The notes under the pieces are model-generated. The model did no database searches and was not told the origin of the DNA. It saw nothing but the letters and a program-made list of their open reading frames with translations. This document shows, in pieces, positions 29,543 to 38,965 of a DNA stretch of 64,000 nt. Made by a program: the position numbers and the translations under genes. Source of the stretch: Casimicrobiaceae bacterium. GTDB lineage: Bacteria; Pseudomonadota; Gammaproteobacteria; Burkholderiales; Casimicrobiaceae. Position 1 is the first letter of the stretch. Each line of letters starts with the position of its first letter. The stretch is taken from contig DATBOK010000095.1 of the NCBI GenBank assembly GCA_036553845.1, positions 1,644 through 65,643 of the forward strand, in the 5' to 3' direction.

Positions 29543-30696
29543 CAGTCGAGCGTGCGCCGGTAGAACACCAGTGCGATCGTCATCACGATGACGGTGAACG
29601 CGACCAGCGGCCAGATGTCAAGCCACAGGTCGACGAAGTCGTTGCCCTTGAGCAGGATGCCGCGCACCAGGCGGTTGAAGTGCGTCAGCGGCAGCACGCT
29701 GCCGAGCCACTGCGCCCAGCGCGGCATGCCCTGGAACGGGAACATGAACCCCGACAGCAGGATGTTCGGCAGGAAATAGAAGAACGTGAGCTGCACCGCC
29801 TGCAGCTGGTTCTGCGCGAGCGACGACAGCGTGATGCCCACCGTCAGGTTGGCGGCGACGAACAGCAGCGCGGTGACGTACAGCGCGACGATGCTGCCGA
29901 ACAGCGGCACCGCGAAGATCCAGTGCGCGGCCAGCAGGATGATCGTCGCCTGCACCAGGCCGATCGCGATGTACGGCACGATCTTGCCGCTCATCACCTC
30001 GAGCGGCCGCGCCGGCGTCGCCAGCAGGTTTTCCATCGTGCCGCGCTCGCGCTCGCGGGTGATCGCGAGGCCGGTCATCATCACCATCGTCATCGTCAGG
30101 ATAACGCCCATCAACCCGGGCACGATGTTGTATTGCGTGTTCGCCTCGGGGTTGTACAGGCGGTGCACGTCGATCGCGAAGGGCGGCGGCGTCGCCGCCA
30201 GCCGCGCCAGGGGGCCCGTGACGTCCTTGCGCGAGACGCTGTCGACGATGCCTGCCGCCGCCGCCAGCGCCATGGACGTCGCCAGCGGATCGGTGGCGTC
30301 GGCCTCGACCAGCAGCGACGGCCGCTCGCCGCGCGCCAGGCGCCGCGCGAAGTCCACTGGGATGCTGACCACGAACTGCACGCGGCCCTGCGCCAGCGCA
30401 TGACGCGCTGCATCCTCGTCGTCGATGCCGGTGACGATGCGGAAATAACCCGAGGTCTGCATCGCCGCCGCGACCGAGCGCGTGAACTCGCTCGAGTCGG
30501 CGACGATCAGCGCCGTCGGCATCTCGCGCGGGTCGGTATTGATCGCGTAGCCGAACAGCGTCAGCTGCACGATCGGGATGCCGACGATCATGGCGAACGT
30601 GATGCGGTCGCGGCGAAGCTGCAGGAATTCCTTGAGCACGATCGCCCACCAGCGCGCGAACGAAAAGCGCGACGCGCCGGCGTCGTCGGCGCTCAT
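29542..30696 (-). CDS. ABC-2 transporter permease (YbhS/YbhR-like)
   Basis: KEFLQLRRDR, LFGYAIN, RERERGTMENLLATP and LLSGFMFP. Confidence 0.9.
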   Translation of the reverse strand: MSADDAGASRFSFARWWAIVLKEFLQLRRDRITFAMIVGIPIVQLTLFGYAINTDPREMPTALIVADSSEFTRSVAAAMQTSGYFRIVTGIDDEDAARHALAQGRVQFVVSIPVDFARRLARGERPSLLVEADATDPLATSMALAAAAGIVDSVSRKDVTGPLARLAATPPPFAIDVHRLYNPEANTQYNIVPGLMGVILTMTMVMMTGLAITRERERGTMENLLATPARPLEVMSGKIVPYIAIGLVQATIILLAAHWIFAVPLFGSIVALYVTALLFVAANLTVGITLSSLAQNQLQAVQLTFFYFLPNILLSGFMFPFQGMPRWAQWLGSVLPLTHFNRLVRGILLKGNDFVDLWLDIWPLVAFTVIVMTIALVFYRRTLD

Positions 30697-31682
30697 GATG
30701 TCGCGCGATCGCTCTGCCGGCCCTCGCCGGCGGCGCGCATCATGTGGATGAATACGTCCTCGATGCTGGTGTCGATGCGCGCGACCCGCGTGGCGCTGCC
30801 GTCCACGGCGTCTGCGAGCGTCTTCGCCAGCCCGCGGTCGGCGGCGCCCGTGGCGTGCAGCGCGTCGCCGAACGCCGCCACCTCCTCGACGCCCGGCAAC
30901 GACTCCAGCCGCGTGGCCAGCGCGCCAAGATCGCCGCCTTTGAGCTCGTAGGTCTCGAGATGCTGGGATGCGATGATCTGCGCGGCCGTGCCTTGCGCGA
31001 GCAGCCTGCCGTCGAGGATGTACGCGAGCTTGTGGCAACGCTCCGCCTCGTCCATGTAGTGCGTGCTGACGAGCACCGAGATGCCTTGCGCCGCGAGGCG
31101 ATGCAGCTCCTCCCAGAACTCGCGGCGCGCATTGGGATCGACGCCCGCGGTCGGCTCGTCGAGCAACAGCAGCTGCGGCTCGTGCAGCATGCACGCGGCG
31201 AGCGCGAGGCGCTGCTTCCAGCCACCCGACAGCTCGCCGGTGAGCTGGTCGGCGCGCGCGGCGAGGCCGAGGCCGTCGAGCGCGGCGCGCACGACGTTGC
31301 GGCGGTCGCGCATCTCGAACACGCGCGCGACGAAGTCGAGGTTCTCGCGGATCGTCAGGTCTTCCCAGAACGAGAAGCGCTGCGTCATGTAGCCGACGTG
31401 GCGCTTGATCGCCTCGGCATTGGTGCGGATGTCGTAGCCGAGGCACGTGCCGCTGCCGGCGTCGGGCGTCAGGAGCCCGCACATCAGCCGGATCGACGTC
31501 GTCTTGCCGCTGCCGTTGGGGCCGAGGAAACCGAAGATCTCGCCGCGCGCGACAGTCAGTGACACGCCCTTGACCACCTCCTTGTCGCCGAAGCGCTTGT
31601 GCAGGTCGTGGACGTCGATCGCCGGCGTGCCCTCGACGCCTCGCGTGGCGGTGCCGGCAGCGGCGCCCACCGCGGGTGTCAT
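30693..31682 (-). CDS. ABC transporter ATP-binding protein
   Basis: Walker A GPNGSGKTT, signature LSGGWKQR, Walker B LLLLDEPT, and H-loop STHYMDEA. Confidence 0.93.
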   Translation of the reverse strand: MTPAVGAAAGTATRGVEGTPAIDVHDLHKRFGDKEVVKGVSLTVARGEIFGFLGPNGSGKTTSIRLMCGLLTPDAGSGTCLGYDIRTNAEAIKRHVGYMTQRFSFWEDLTIRENLDFVARVFEMRDRRNVVRAALDGLGLAARADQLTGELSGGWKQRLALAACMLHEPQLLLLDEPTAGVDPNARREFWEELHRLAAQGISVLVSTHYMDEAERCHKLAYILDGRLLAQGTAAQIIASQHLETYELKGGDLGALATRLESLPGVEEVAAFGDALHATGAADRGLAKTLADAVDGSATRVARIDTSIEDVFIHMMRAAGEGRQSDRATS

Positions 31683-32662
31683 GGGAGGCGGACGACGACC
31701 GGCTGGCCGGGATGCAGGCGCGCGGCGGCATCGGCCGCGGGGCGCGCCTCGACCATGAACACGAGCTTCGATCGCGTGTCGTTGCTGTAGATGACGGGTG
31801 GCGTGAACTCCGCTTCGCTGGCGATGAAGCTGACGGTTGCCGGGATGTCGGCCGCGCAGCCGTCGCAATGCGCGCTGATGCGCTGGCCGACGGCGAGCGC
31901 GCCGAGCCGCGGCTGCGGCACGAAGAACCGCAGCTTGAGGTTGTCGCGCGGCAGCAGCTTGACGATCGGCATGCCGGCATTGACGTACTCGCCTGGCCGA
32001 TAGAGCGTGTCCTCGACACGGCTGGGCGCCGCGGCGGCGACGCGCGCCTGGCGCTCGCGCCATGCCGCCTGGTCGACGGCTGCGCGCGCCGCGGCGACCT
32101 CTGACGCCTGCGCGCGGATCTGCTCGTCACGGCTCGGCAGCACGGCGACCGCCACTTGGCTTTCCAGCTGGCGCACGCGCGCGACGTCGGCGTCGTGCTG
32201 GGTACGGCTGTCGTCGAGCGCCGCGCGCGCGATGCCGCCGACCGCGTACTGCGCCTCGTCGCGGGCGAGGCGCATCGCCGACTTCTGGGCGTCGGCGCGT
32301 GCCGCGGCAAGCTCCGCGCGCGCGACGTCGACTTCGGGCGCGCGCTTGCCGGCCTTGAGGTCGGCAAGCGTCGCCTCCGCCGCCTTCTGCTGCGCCTCGG
32401 CCTGCGCGCGCATCGCGGCCTCGTTGTCGGACTCGAGCGTGAACAGCGGCGCGCCGGCGGCGACCTCGTCGCCGCGCTTGACGCCGAGCGATTGCAGCCG
32501 GCCGGCGATCGCCGCGCCGACGTACGCGTATTCGCCCTCGACGTAACCCTGGTAGCCCGTGTCGGCGCGCTCGCCGCAGCCGGTGAGCGCGGCGCCCGCC
32601 GCGAATGCCGCGAGCACGCCGCGAAGAGCGTTTCGCGAGCACGGTCGGCGGGGTGGCGTCAT
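31679..32662 (-). CDS. HlyD-family membrane fusion protein (YbhG-like)
   Basis: Lipobox LTGC, YQGYVEGE, a coiled-coil hairpin, and AEFTPPVIYS. Confidence 0.9.
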   Translation of the reverse strand: MTPPRRPCSRNALRGVLAAFAAGAALTGCGERADTGYQGYVEGEYAYVGAAIAGRLQSLGVKRGDEVAAGAPLFTLESDNEAAMRAQAEAQQKAAEATLADLKAGKRAPEVDVARAELAAARADAQKSAMRLARDEAQYAVGGIARAALDDSRTQHDADVARVRQLESQVAVAVLPSRDEQIRAQASEVAAARAAVDQAAWRERQARVAAAAPSRVEDTLYRPGEYVNAGMPIVKLLPRDNLKLRFFVPQPRLGALAVGQRISAHCDGCAADIPATVSFIASEAEFTPPVIYSNDTRSKLVFMVEARPAADAAARLHPGQPVVVRLP

Positions 32663-32906
32663 GGCGGGTCGGGACGGGGAACAGCGGCGACGTGGAATCC
32701 GCGCAACGCGCGGCGCAGCCCGGGATTAGTAGCACGTCGCCCGTCGCCGCCGCAACTGCGGCCGGTCAGTTCGGCGACAGCACCCGCGATCGCCGAGCGC
32801 GGCGTGGCGACGGTGAGCCGCAGCGCGGGAATATTGCGTTCCGGCGCATCGGCGCGAGGCGTGCGCCCGGACCACTGCGCGCCGCCGGCGTAAAATCGCG
32901 GCCGTC

Positions 32907-33536
32907 ATGGCGATGCACACCTGGATCGCGTTCTTCGTCGCCGCGTGGCTCATCAGCCTTTCGCCGGGCGCCGGTGCCGTGTCGTGCATGGCGGCCGGCA
33001 TGCGCTACGGCTACCGGCGCGCCGTCTGGAACATCGTCGGCCTGCAGGCCGGCATCCAGTTCGTGCTGCTGCTGGTCGCCGCAGGGCTTGGCGCGCTGCT
33101 TGCCACGTCCGAGGCCGCGTTCACCGCGGTGAAGTGGGTCGGCGCCCTCTATCTCGTGTGGCTCGGCGTGCTGCAATGGCGCGCGCCGGCAACGCCGCTT
33201 TGCGCGCACGACGACCTGCGCGAGGGCACGCCGCGCGAGCTCGTGCTGCGCGGATTCATCGTCAACGCCACGAATCCCAAGGGCATCCTCTTCATGCTCG
33301 CGGTGCTGCCGCAGTTCATCGATCCGGCGCGGCCGCAGCTTCTGCAATACGCGATCTGCGGGCTCACGCTCTTCGCGACCGACGCGGTGGTGATGAGCGG
33401 GTACACGGCATTCGCCGCGCGCGTGCTGTCGCTGCTGCGCGGCGCGCACCGGCAGCGCCTCCTCAACCGCACGTTCGGCGCGCTGTTCGTCGCCGCCGGC
33501 GCGCTGCTCGCCACGTTCAAGCGCGCGGCGATCTGA
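32907..33536 (+). CDS. LysE/RhtB-family amino-acid exporter
   Basis: SLSPGAG, KWVGALYLVWLG, NATNPKG and LPQFID. Confidence 0.9.
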   Translation: MAMHTWIAFFVAAWLISLSPGAGAVSCMAAGMRYGYRRAVWNIVGLQAGIQFVLLLVAAGLGALLATSEAAFTAVKWVGALYLVWLGVLQWRAPATPLCAHDDLREGTPRELVLRGFIVNATNPKGILFMLAVLPQFIDPARPQLLQYAICGLTLFATDAVVMSGYTAFAARVLSLLRGAHRQRLLNRTFGALFVAAGALLATFKRAAI

Positions 33537-33557
33537 GCCCGGAGCGTCGGCGCGGCC

Positions 33558-34433
33558 TCAGCGCAGCGCGAGCGCCACGCCCACCGGCACGAACACGAGC
33601 GACATCAGGTTGCCGATCAGCACGATCGACGCCACTTTTGCCGGCTCCTGGCCGAACTGCTCGGCCACCATGAAGTTGAGCACCGCCGGCGGCAGGCAGC
33701 CGAAGAGGAAAAGCAGCCCCGCCTGCTGGCGGTCGAGACCCAGCAGCAGGATCAGGATGGCCGCCATGACGAGGCCGCTCAGTGCGCAGGTCGCGCCGCC
33801 GATGGCGCCGAGATGCCAGTCGCCGCGGGCGAGGCTCGTCAGGCGCACGCCGAGCGAGATCAGCATCACCGGCACCAGCGCGTCGCCGACCATCCGGATC
33901 GCCACCGTCAGCCAATCCGGCAGCGGCGGTTTCAGCAGCGCGCACGCGAATCCGGCGAAGGTCGCCAGCACCATCGGCGTGCGCAGGAGCTTGCCGATGC
34001 GCGCGTGGTGATCGATCATCCACACGCCCACGGTGAAATGCAGCAGGTTGGAGATGGTGAAGAGCGCCACCATCGACGAGAAGCCGGCGGCGCCGAACGC
34101 GAGCACCGCCAGCGGCAGCCCGACGTTGCCGCAGTTGTTGAACATCATCGGCGGCAGGAACGTGCGGTAGTCGATGCCGAGGGCGCGCGCCACCGGCCAT
34201 GCGATCAGACCCGACCCGAGCACGACGCCGACCGCCGCGATCATCAGCATGCCGTTGGCGTGCACGTCGAAGTCCTTGCTCGCCAGCGCCGAGAAGATGA
34301 GCGCCGGCCCGAGCAGGTTCATGCTGAGGCGATTCACCGCCTGCATGTCGGGCCGGGCGCGGCGGCCCCATGCGTAGCCGAGCGCCACGATCAGGAACAC
34401 CGGCAGGATGATGCCGGCGAGGCGCGCGATCAC
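33558..34433 (-). CDS. AEC (auxin efflux carrier) family transporter
   Basis: [22 protein letters not shown] and PPAVLNF. GTGA overlap with the hslU stop. Confidence 0.85.
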   Translation of the reverse strand: MIARLAGIILPVFLIVALGYAWGRRARPDMQAVNRLSMNLLGPALIFSALASKDFDVHANGMLMIAAVGVVLGSGLIAWPVARALGIDYRTFLPPMMFNNCGNVGLPLAVLAFGAAGFSSMVALFTISNLLHFTVGVWMIDHHARIGKLLRTPMVLATFAGFACALLKPPLPDWLTVAIRMVGDALVPVMLISLGVRLTSLARGDWHLGAIGGATCALSGLVMAAILILLLGLDRQQAGLLFLFGCLPPAVLNFMVAEQFGQEPAKVASIVLIGNLMSLVFVPVGVALALR

Positions 34434-35755
34434 AGGATGTAGCGCGCGAGATTGTCGTCGCCGGCGATGCCCGCGAGGCGCGCATCGACGTAGGCGGCGT
34501 CGATGTCCACCGTCTGCCGGTCGTAGCGCGTGGCGTGGAACGAGACCTCGTCGAGGAGCCGTTCCATCACCGTGTAGAGCCTGCGCGCGCCGATGTTCTC
34601 CTGCTTCTCGTTGACTGCGAACGCGATCTCGGCGATGCGGCGGATGCCGTCGTCGGCGAACACGACGTCGACGTTCTCGGTGCGCAGGAGCGCCGCGTAC
34701 TGGCGCGTGAGGCAGGCGTCGGTGGCGGTGAGGATCTTCTCGAAATCGGCGACCGCCAGCGAGTCGAGCTCGACGCGGATCGGGAAGCGGCCCTGCAGCT
34801 CGGGGATCAGGTCGGACGGCTTCGAGAGGTGGAAGGCGCCGGAGGCGATGAACAGCACGTGGTCGGTGCGGATCGTGCCGTACTTGGTGGTCACCGACGT
34901 GCCCTCCACCAGCGGCAGCAGGTCGCGCTGCACGCCCTGGCGCGACACGTCGGCGCCCGACACTTCGGAGCGCGTGGCGATCTTGTCGATCTCGTCGAGG
35001 AACACGATGCCGTTCTGCTCGGCGTTGGCGAGCGCTCGCGCCTTGATGTCGTCGTCGTTGAGGAGCTTTGCGGCCTCCTCGTCGGTGAGCGCCTTCTGCG
35101 CGTCGGGTATCTTCATCTTCTGCACGCGGCGGCGGCCGCCGCCGAGCTGCTGGAACATGCCCTGCAGCTGCGACGTCAGGTCCTCCATGCCGGGCGGCGC
35201 CATGATCTCCATCTGCGCTGGCAGCATCGCGACCTCGACGTCGATCTCCTTGTCGTCGAGCTGGCCCTCGCGCAGCATCTTGCGGAATTTCTGGCGGGTC
35301 GCGTTGTCGACCGGCTTCATGTCGTGGAAGTTGACCTCGCGCGTCGGCGGCAGCAGCGCGTCGAGGATGCGCTCCTCGGCGACGTCCGCGGCGCGGTCGC
35401 GCACCTTGCGCATCTCGGCCTCGCGCGCCTGCTTGACCGCGACCTCGGCCAGGTCGCGCACGATGGTGTCGACGTCGCGCCCGACGTATCCGACTTCGGT
35501 GAACTTGGTCGCCTCGACCTTGACGAACGGCGCGTCGGCGAGGCGCGCGAGACGGCGCGCGATCTCGGTCTTGCCGACGCCCGTCGGGCCGATCATGAGG
35601 ATGTTCTTCGGCGTGATCTCCTGGCGCAGCGGTTCGGGCACCTGCTGGCGTCGCCAGCGGTTGCGCAGCGCGATCGCGACCGCGCGCTTGGCGCGGTCCT
35701 GGCCGACGATGTGCTTGTCGAGTTCGGAGACGATCTCCTCCGGTGTCATGGTCAT
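34430..35755 (-). CDS. hslU: ATP-dependent protease ATPase subunit HslU
   Basis: [30 protein letters not shown], pore loop GYVG, DEIDKI and ENIGARRL. Confidence 0.97.
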   Translation of the reverse strand: MTMTPEEIVSELDKHIVGQDRAKRAVAIALRNRWRRQQVPEPLRQEITPKNILMIGPTGVGKTEIARRLARLADAPFVKVEATKFTEVGYVGRDVDTIVRDLAEVAVKQAREAEMRKVRDRAADVAEERILDALLPPTREVNFHDMKPVDNATRQKFRKMLREGQLDDKEIDVEVAMLPAQMEIMAPPGMEDLTSQLQGMFQQLGGGRRRVQKMKIPDAQKALTDEEAAKLLNDDDIKARALANAEQNGIVFLDEIDKIATRSEVSGADVSRQGVQRDLLPLVEGTSVTTKYGTIRTDHVLFIASGAFHLSKPSDLIPELQGRFPIRVELDSLAVADFEKILTATDACLTRQYAALLRTENVDVVFADDGIRRIAEIAFAVNEKQENIGARRLYTVMERLLDEVSFHATRYDRQTVDIDAAYVDARLAGIAGDDNLARYIL

Positions 35756-35988
35756 GGCAGGGATCGGGAATCGGCGATGGGAATCGGGGTTTCGCAAGCC
35801 ATGGCGGTGGATGACCGTGCGGCGCGGCCCGGCGTCCGGCACGGCCTGTGCGAGGCGCGGTCGACGTGCGGTGCGCGTGCCGCCGCACGGCGCATCCTCG
35901 CTGACGACGCGTCGATTGTACTTCGCGCGCGTAAGGCCTGTTTGCGCTTCTGCCGTATCATTGCCGATCCCCGCCTTCCGATCCCGAC

Positions 35989-36525
35989 GTGACGACACGA
36001 CGCCTCGTTCCATCGCTCGCCATCGCGCTCTCGCTCGCCACCGCCGGCTGCAGCGCATGGAATGCGGTGAGCAACTCGGCGGTGGGCAAGGGTGGCGGCG
36101 TGCAGGCGGTGCTCGTTCCCAACGACCGCTCCTCCGGACGTGCCGACGTGCGCTTCGTCGACCGCGGCGACGGCGTCTTCATGACGGTGTTCGTCACCAA
36201 CCTGCGCGAAGGCACGTACCGCGTCGTCATCCACGCCAACGGCAACTGCTCATCGCCCAATTTCTTTTCCGCGGGGCCGGCGTGGGCGCCGGCGGGATCC
36301 GCCCGCGCGGCCAAGGACCTGACACCCGAGTTCCGCGTCTCCTCCGACGGCGACGGCACGTGGACCGTGCAGATCCCCGGCGTGCACACGGCCGGCCCGG
36401 ACAGCCTGCTCGGACACTCGGTCGTGCTGCACTTCGGCGCCAACATCGACGATTTCGTCCCCGGCGTGCCGAACAACGGCTACATGTGCGGCGTCATCGG
36501 GCCCCTCCGTTCATTCACGTCGTGA
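35989..36525 (+). CDS. Cu/Zn-SOD-fold lipoprotein lacking most metal ligands
   Basis: Lipobox [25 protein letters not shown] and MCGVIG align by eye with the canonical SodC at 43182. Confidence 0.75.
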   Translation: MTTRRLVPSLAIALSLATAGCSAWNAVSNSAVGKGGGVQAVLVPNDRSSGRADVRFVDRGDGVFMTVFVTNLREGTYRVVIHANGNCSSPNFFSAGPAWAPAGSARAAKDLTPEFRVSSDGDGTWTVQIPGVHTAGPDSLLGHSVVLHFGANIDDFVPGVPNNGYMCGVIGPLRSFTS

Positions 36526-36535
36526 GGCACGGCGC

Positions 36536-37321
36536 ATGGGTTTTCTGGCCAATCGCAGGATCCTGATCACCGGCGTGCTGTCGAACCGGTCGATCGCGTA
36601 CGGCGTCGCGCGCGCCTGCCAGCGCGAGGGCGCGATGCTCGCCTTCACGTACGTCAACGACGATCTCAAGGACCGCGTGGTGAGGCTCGCGGCCGATTTC
36701 GGCGACTGTCCGGTGTGGCGCTGCGACGTCGCGCGCGACGACGACATCGAGACGCTGTTCGCGTCGGTCAAGTCGGAATGGGGCGGTCTCGACGGCCTGC
36801 TGCACTCGATCGCCTTCGCGCCGCGCGAGGCGCTCGCCGGCGATTTCCTCGAAGGCCTCTCGCGCGCGGCGTTCGCCACCGCCCACGACATCTCGAGCTA
36901 CAGCTTCGCGGCGCTGGCGAAGGGCGCGCGGCCGCTGATGCAGGGGCGCAAGGGCGCGCTCGTGACGCTGACCTACCTCGGCTCGACGCGGGCGCTCGCC
37001 AACTACAACGTCATGGGGCTCGCCAAGGCGAGCCTCGAAGCCAACGTCCGCTATCTGGCGGCGTGCCTCGGACCCGAGGGCATCCGCGTCAACGCATTGT
37101 CCGCGGGCCCGATCAAGACGCTCGCCGCCGCCGGCATCGGCGGCTTCTCGAAGATCCTGCACTTCGTCGAGAAGAACGCGCCGCTGCGTCGCAACGTCAC
37201 GATCGACGAGGTGGGCAACGCCGCCGCGTTCTACCTGTCCGAACTCGCGAGCGCGATCACCGGCGAGGTCACTTTCGTCGACTGCGGTTTCTCGACCGTG
37301 GCCGCCGGCATGGACGAGTAG
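36536..37321 (+). CDS. fabI: Enoyl-ACP reductase
   Basis: GVLSNRSIAYG, HSIAFAP, YNVMGLAKASLE and SAGPIKTLAA. Confidence 0.96.
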   Translation: MGFLANRRILITGVLSNRSIAYGVARACQREGAMLAFTYVNDDLKDRVVRLAADFGDCPVWRCDVARDDDIETLFASVKSEWGGLDGLLHSIAFAPREALAGDFLEGLSRAAFATAHDISSYSFAALAKGARPLMQGRKGALVTLTYLGSTRALANYNVMGLAKASLEANVRYLAACLGPEGIRVNALSAGPIKTLAAAGIGGFSKILHFVEKNAPLRRNVTIDEVGNAAAFYLSELASAITGEVTFVDCGFSTVAAGMDE

Positions 37322-37335
37322 CGCGCGCCGCGACC

Positions 37336-38952
37336 GTGCCGGGCCCTCGCGCGCGCCACGACGTCGTCGTCATCGGCGGCGGCCACAACGGCCTCGTCTG
37401 CGCCGCCTATCTCGCTGCCGGCGGCCAGTCGGTCTGCGTGGTCGAGCGCCGCGACGTCGTCGGCGGCGCCGCGGTCACCGAGGAATTCCACCCGGGCTTC
37501 CGCAATTCCACCGCCAGCTACACGGTGAGCCTGCTCGACCCCGGCGTGATCCGGGACCTCAACCTCGTCGCGCACGGTCTTTCGATCATCGAGCGGCCGT
37601 TCGCCAATTTCCTGCCGCTGTCCGACGCGCAGTCGATCCGCGTCGGTGGCGGCCTCGCCGCCACGCAGGCGGAGGTCGCGCGCTTCTCGGCGCGCGACGC
37701 CTCGCGGCTGCCGGATTACTACGCGATGCTGGACACCGTCGCCGACGTGCTGCGCGACCTGCTGCACGCGACCCCGCCCAACGTCGGCGGCGGCATGCCG
37801 GCGCTGCTCGACGGCTGGAAGGTGGCGAGGCGCTTTCGTGCGCTCGACCGCGCCGGCCAGCGCGACGTGCTCGATCTGTTCACCAAGAGCGCGGGCGAGA
37901 TCCTCGACCGCTGGTTCGAATCCGACCCGATCAAGGCCGCGTTCGGCTTCGACGCGGTGGTCGGCAATTTCCAGAGTCCCTACTCGCCGGGATCGGCGTA
38001 CGTGCTGCTGCACCACGTGTTCGGCGAGGTGAACGGCAAGCGCGGGCAATGGGGCCACGCGCGCGGCGGCATGGGGTCGATCACGCAGGCGATGGCGCGC
38101 GAGTGCGCGGCGCGCGGCGTGGAGATCCGGCTCGCGTCGCCGGTCGCGCGCGTCGTCGTCGACAAGGGCCGGGCAACGGGCGTCGAGCTGGCAAGCGGCG
38201 AGGTGCTAGGTGCGCAACGCGTCGTCGCCAACGTCAATCCGCGCCTGCTGTTCGGCGAGCTCGTGGCGGCCGACGCCGTCGACGCCGACTTTCGACGCCG
38301 CATCGAGGGCTACCGCTGCGGCTCGGGCACGTTCCGCATGAACGTCGCGCTGTCCGCACTTCCGGACTTCCGCTGTGCACCGGGCACCGCGGCCGCGCCG
38401 CACCACGCCGCCGGCATCGTCATCGCCCCGTCGCTGGCTTACATGGAGCGCGCCTATTTCGACGCGCGCACCACCGGAGTGTCGCGCGCGCCAATCGTCG
38501 AGGTGCTCATTCCGTCGGTGGTCGACGACACGCTGGCGCCACCGGGCATGCACGTCGCCAGCCTGTTCTGCCAGCACGTCAATCCGGACCTGCCTGCGGT
38601 GAGCGGCCAGAGCTTCGACGCGGCGCGCGATGCCATCGCCGACCTGATGATCGACACGGTGGATGCGCTGGCGCCGAATTTCCGCGCGAGCGTCGTCGGG
38701 CGGCGTGCGCTGACGCCGCTCGACCTCGAGCGGACCTTCGGCCTCGTGCGCGGCGACATCTTCCACGGCGCCCTCGGCCTCGACCAGCTCTTCGCGGCAC
38801 GCCCGGTGCTGGGGCACGCCGACTACCGGATGCCCATCCGCAACCTCTACCTGTGCGGCTCCGGCGCCCATCCCGGCGGCGGCGTCACCGGCATTCCCGG
38901 CCGCAACGCCGCACGCGAGATCCTGCGCGACGTGCGCCGTCGACGGCGTTGA
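37336..38952 (+). CDS. Phytoene dehydrogenase-like FAD-dependent oxidoreductase (PYROXD2-like)
   Basis: Rossmann motif IGGGHNGL, GGAAVTEE, GDIFHG, and LYLCGSGAHPGGGVTG. Start uncertain. Confidence 0.85.
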   Translation: MPGPRARHDVVVIGGGHNGLVCAAYLAAGGQSVCVVERRDVVGGAAVTEEFHPGFRNSTASYTVSLLDPGVIRDLNLVAHGLSIIERPFANFLPLSDAQSIRVGGGLAATQAEVARFSARDASRLPDYYAMLDTVADVLRDLLHATPPNVGGGMPALLDGWKVARRFRALDRAGQRDVLDLFTKSAGEILDRWFESDPIKAAFGFDAVVGNFQSPYSPGSAYVLLHHVFGEVNGKRGQWGHARGGMGSITQAMARECAARGVEIRLASPVARVVVDKGRATGVELASGEVLGAQRVVANVNPRLLFGELVAADAVDADFRRRIEGYRCGSGTFRMNVALSALPDFRCAPGTAAAPHHAAGIVIAPSLAYMERAYFDARTTGVSRAPIVEVLIPSVVDDTLAPPGMHVASLFCQHVNPDLPAVSGQSFDAARDAIADLMIDTVDALAPNFRASVVGRRALTPLDLERTFGLVRGDIFHGALGLDQLFAARPVLGHADYRMPIRNLYLCGSGAHPGGGVTGIPGRNAAREILRDVRRRRR

Positions 38953-38965
38953 GGCGGCACCCGCG

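Noticed and set aside
35756-35800. Sigma32 promoter for hslU (CTTGCG...CCCATC) and GGGAATCGG-like short repeats
   Set aside because: The spacing is about 3 nt too short for the CTTGAA-N13/14-CCCCAT consensus, and the repeats are too short and degenerate to call REP elements.
37336-38952. Carotenoid biosynthesis (crtI)
   Set aside because: No crtB or crtE neighbours, and the motifs fit the broader phytoene-dehydrogenase-like family.
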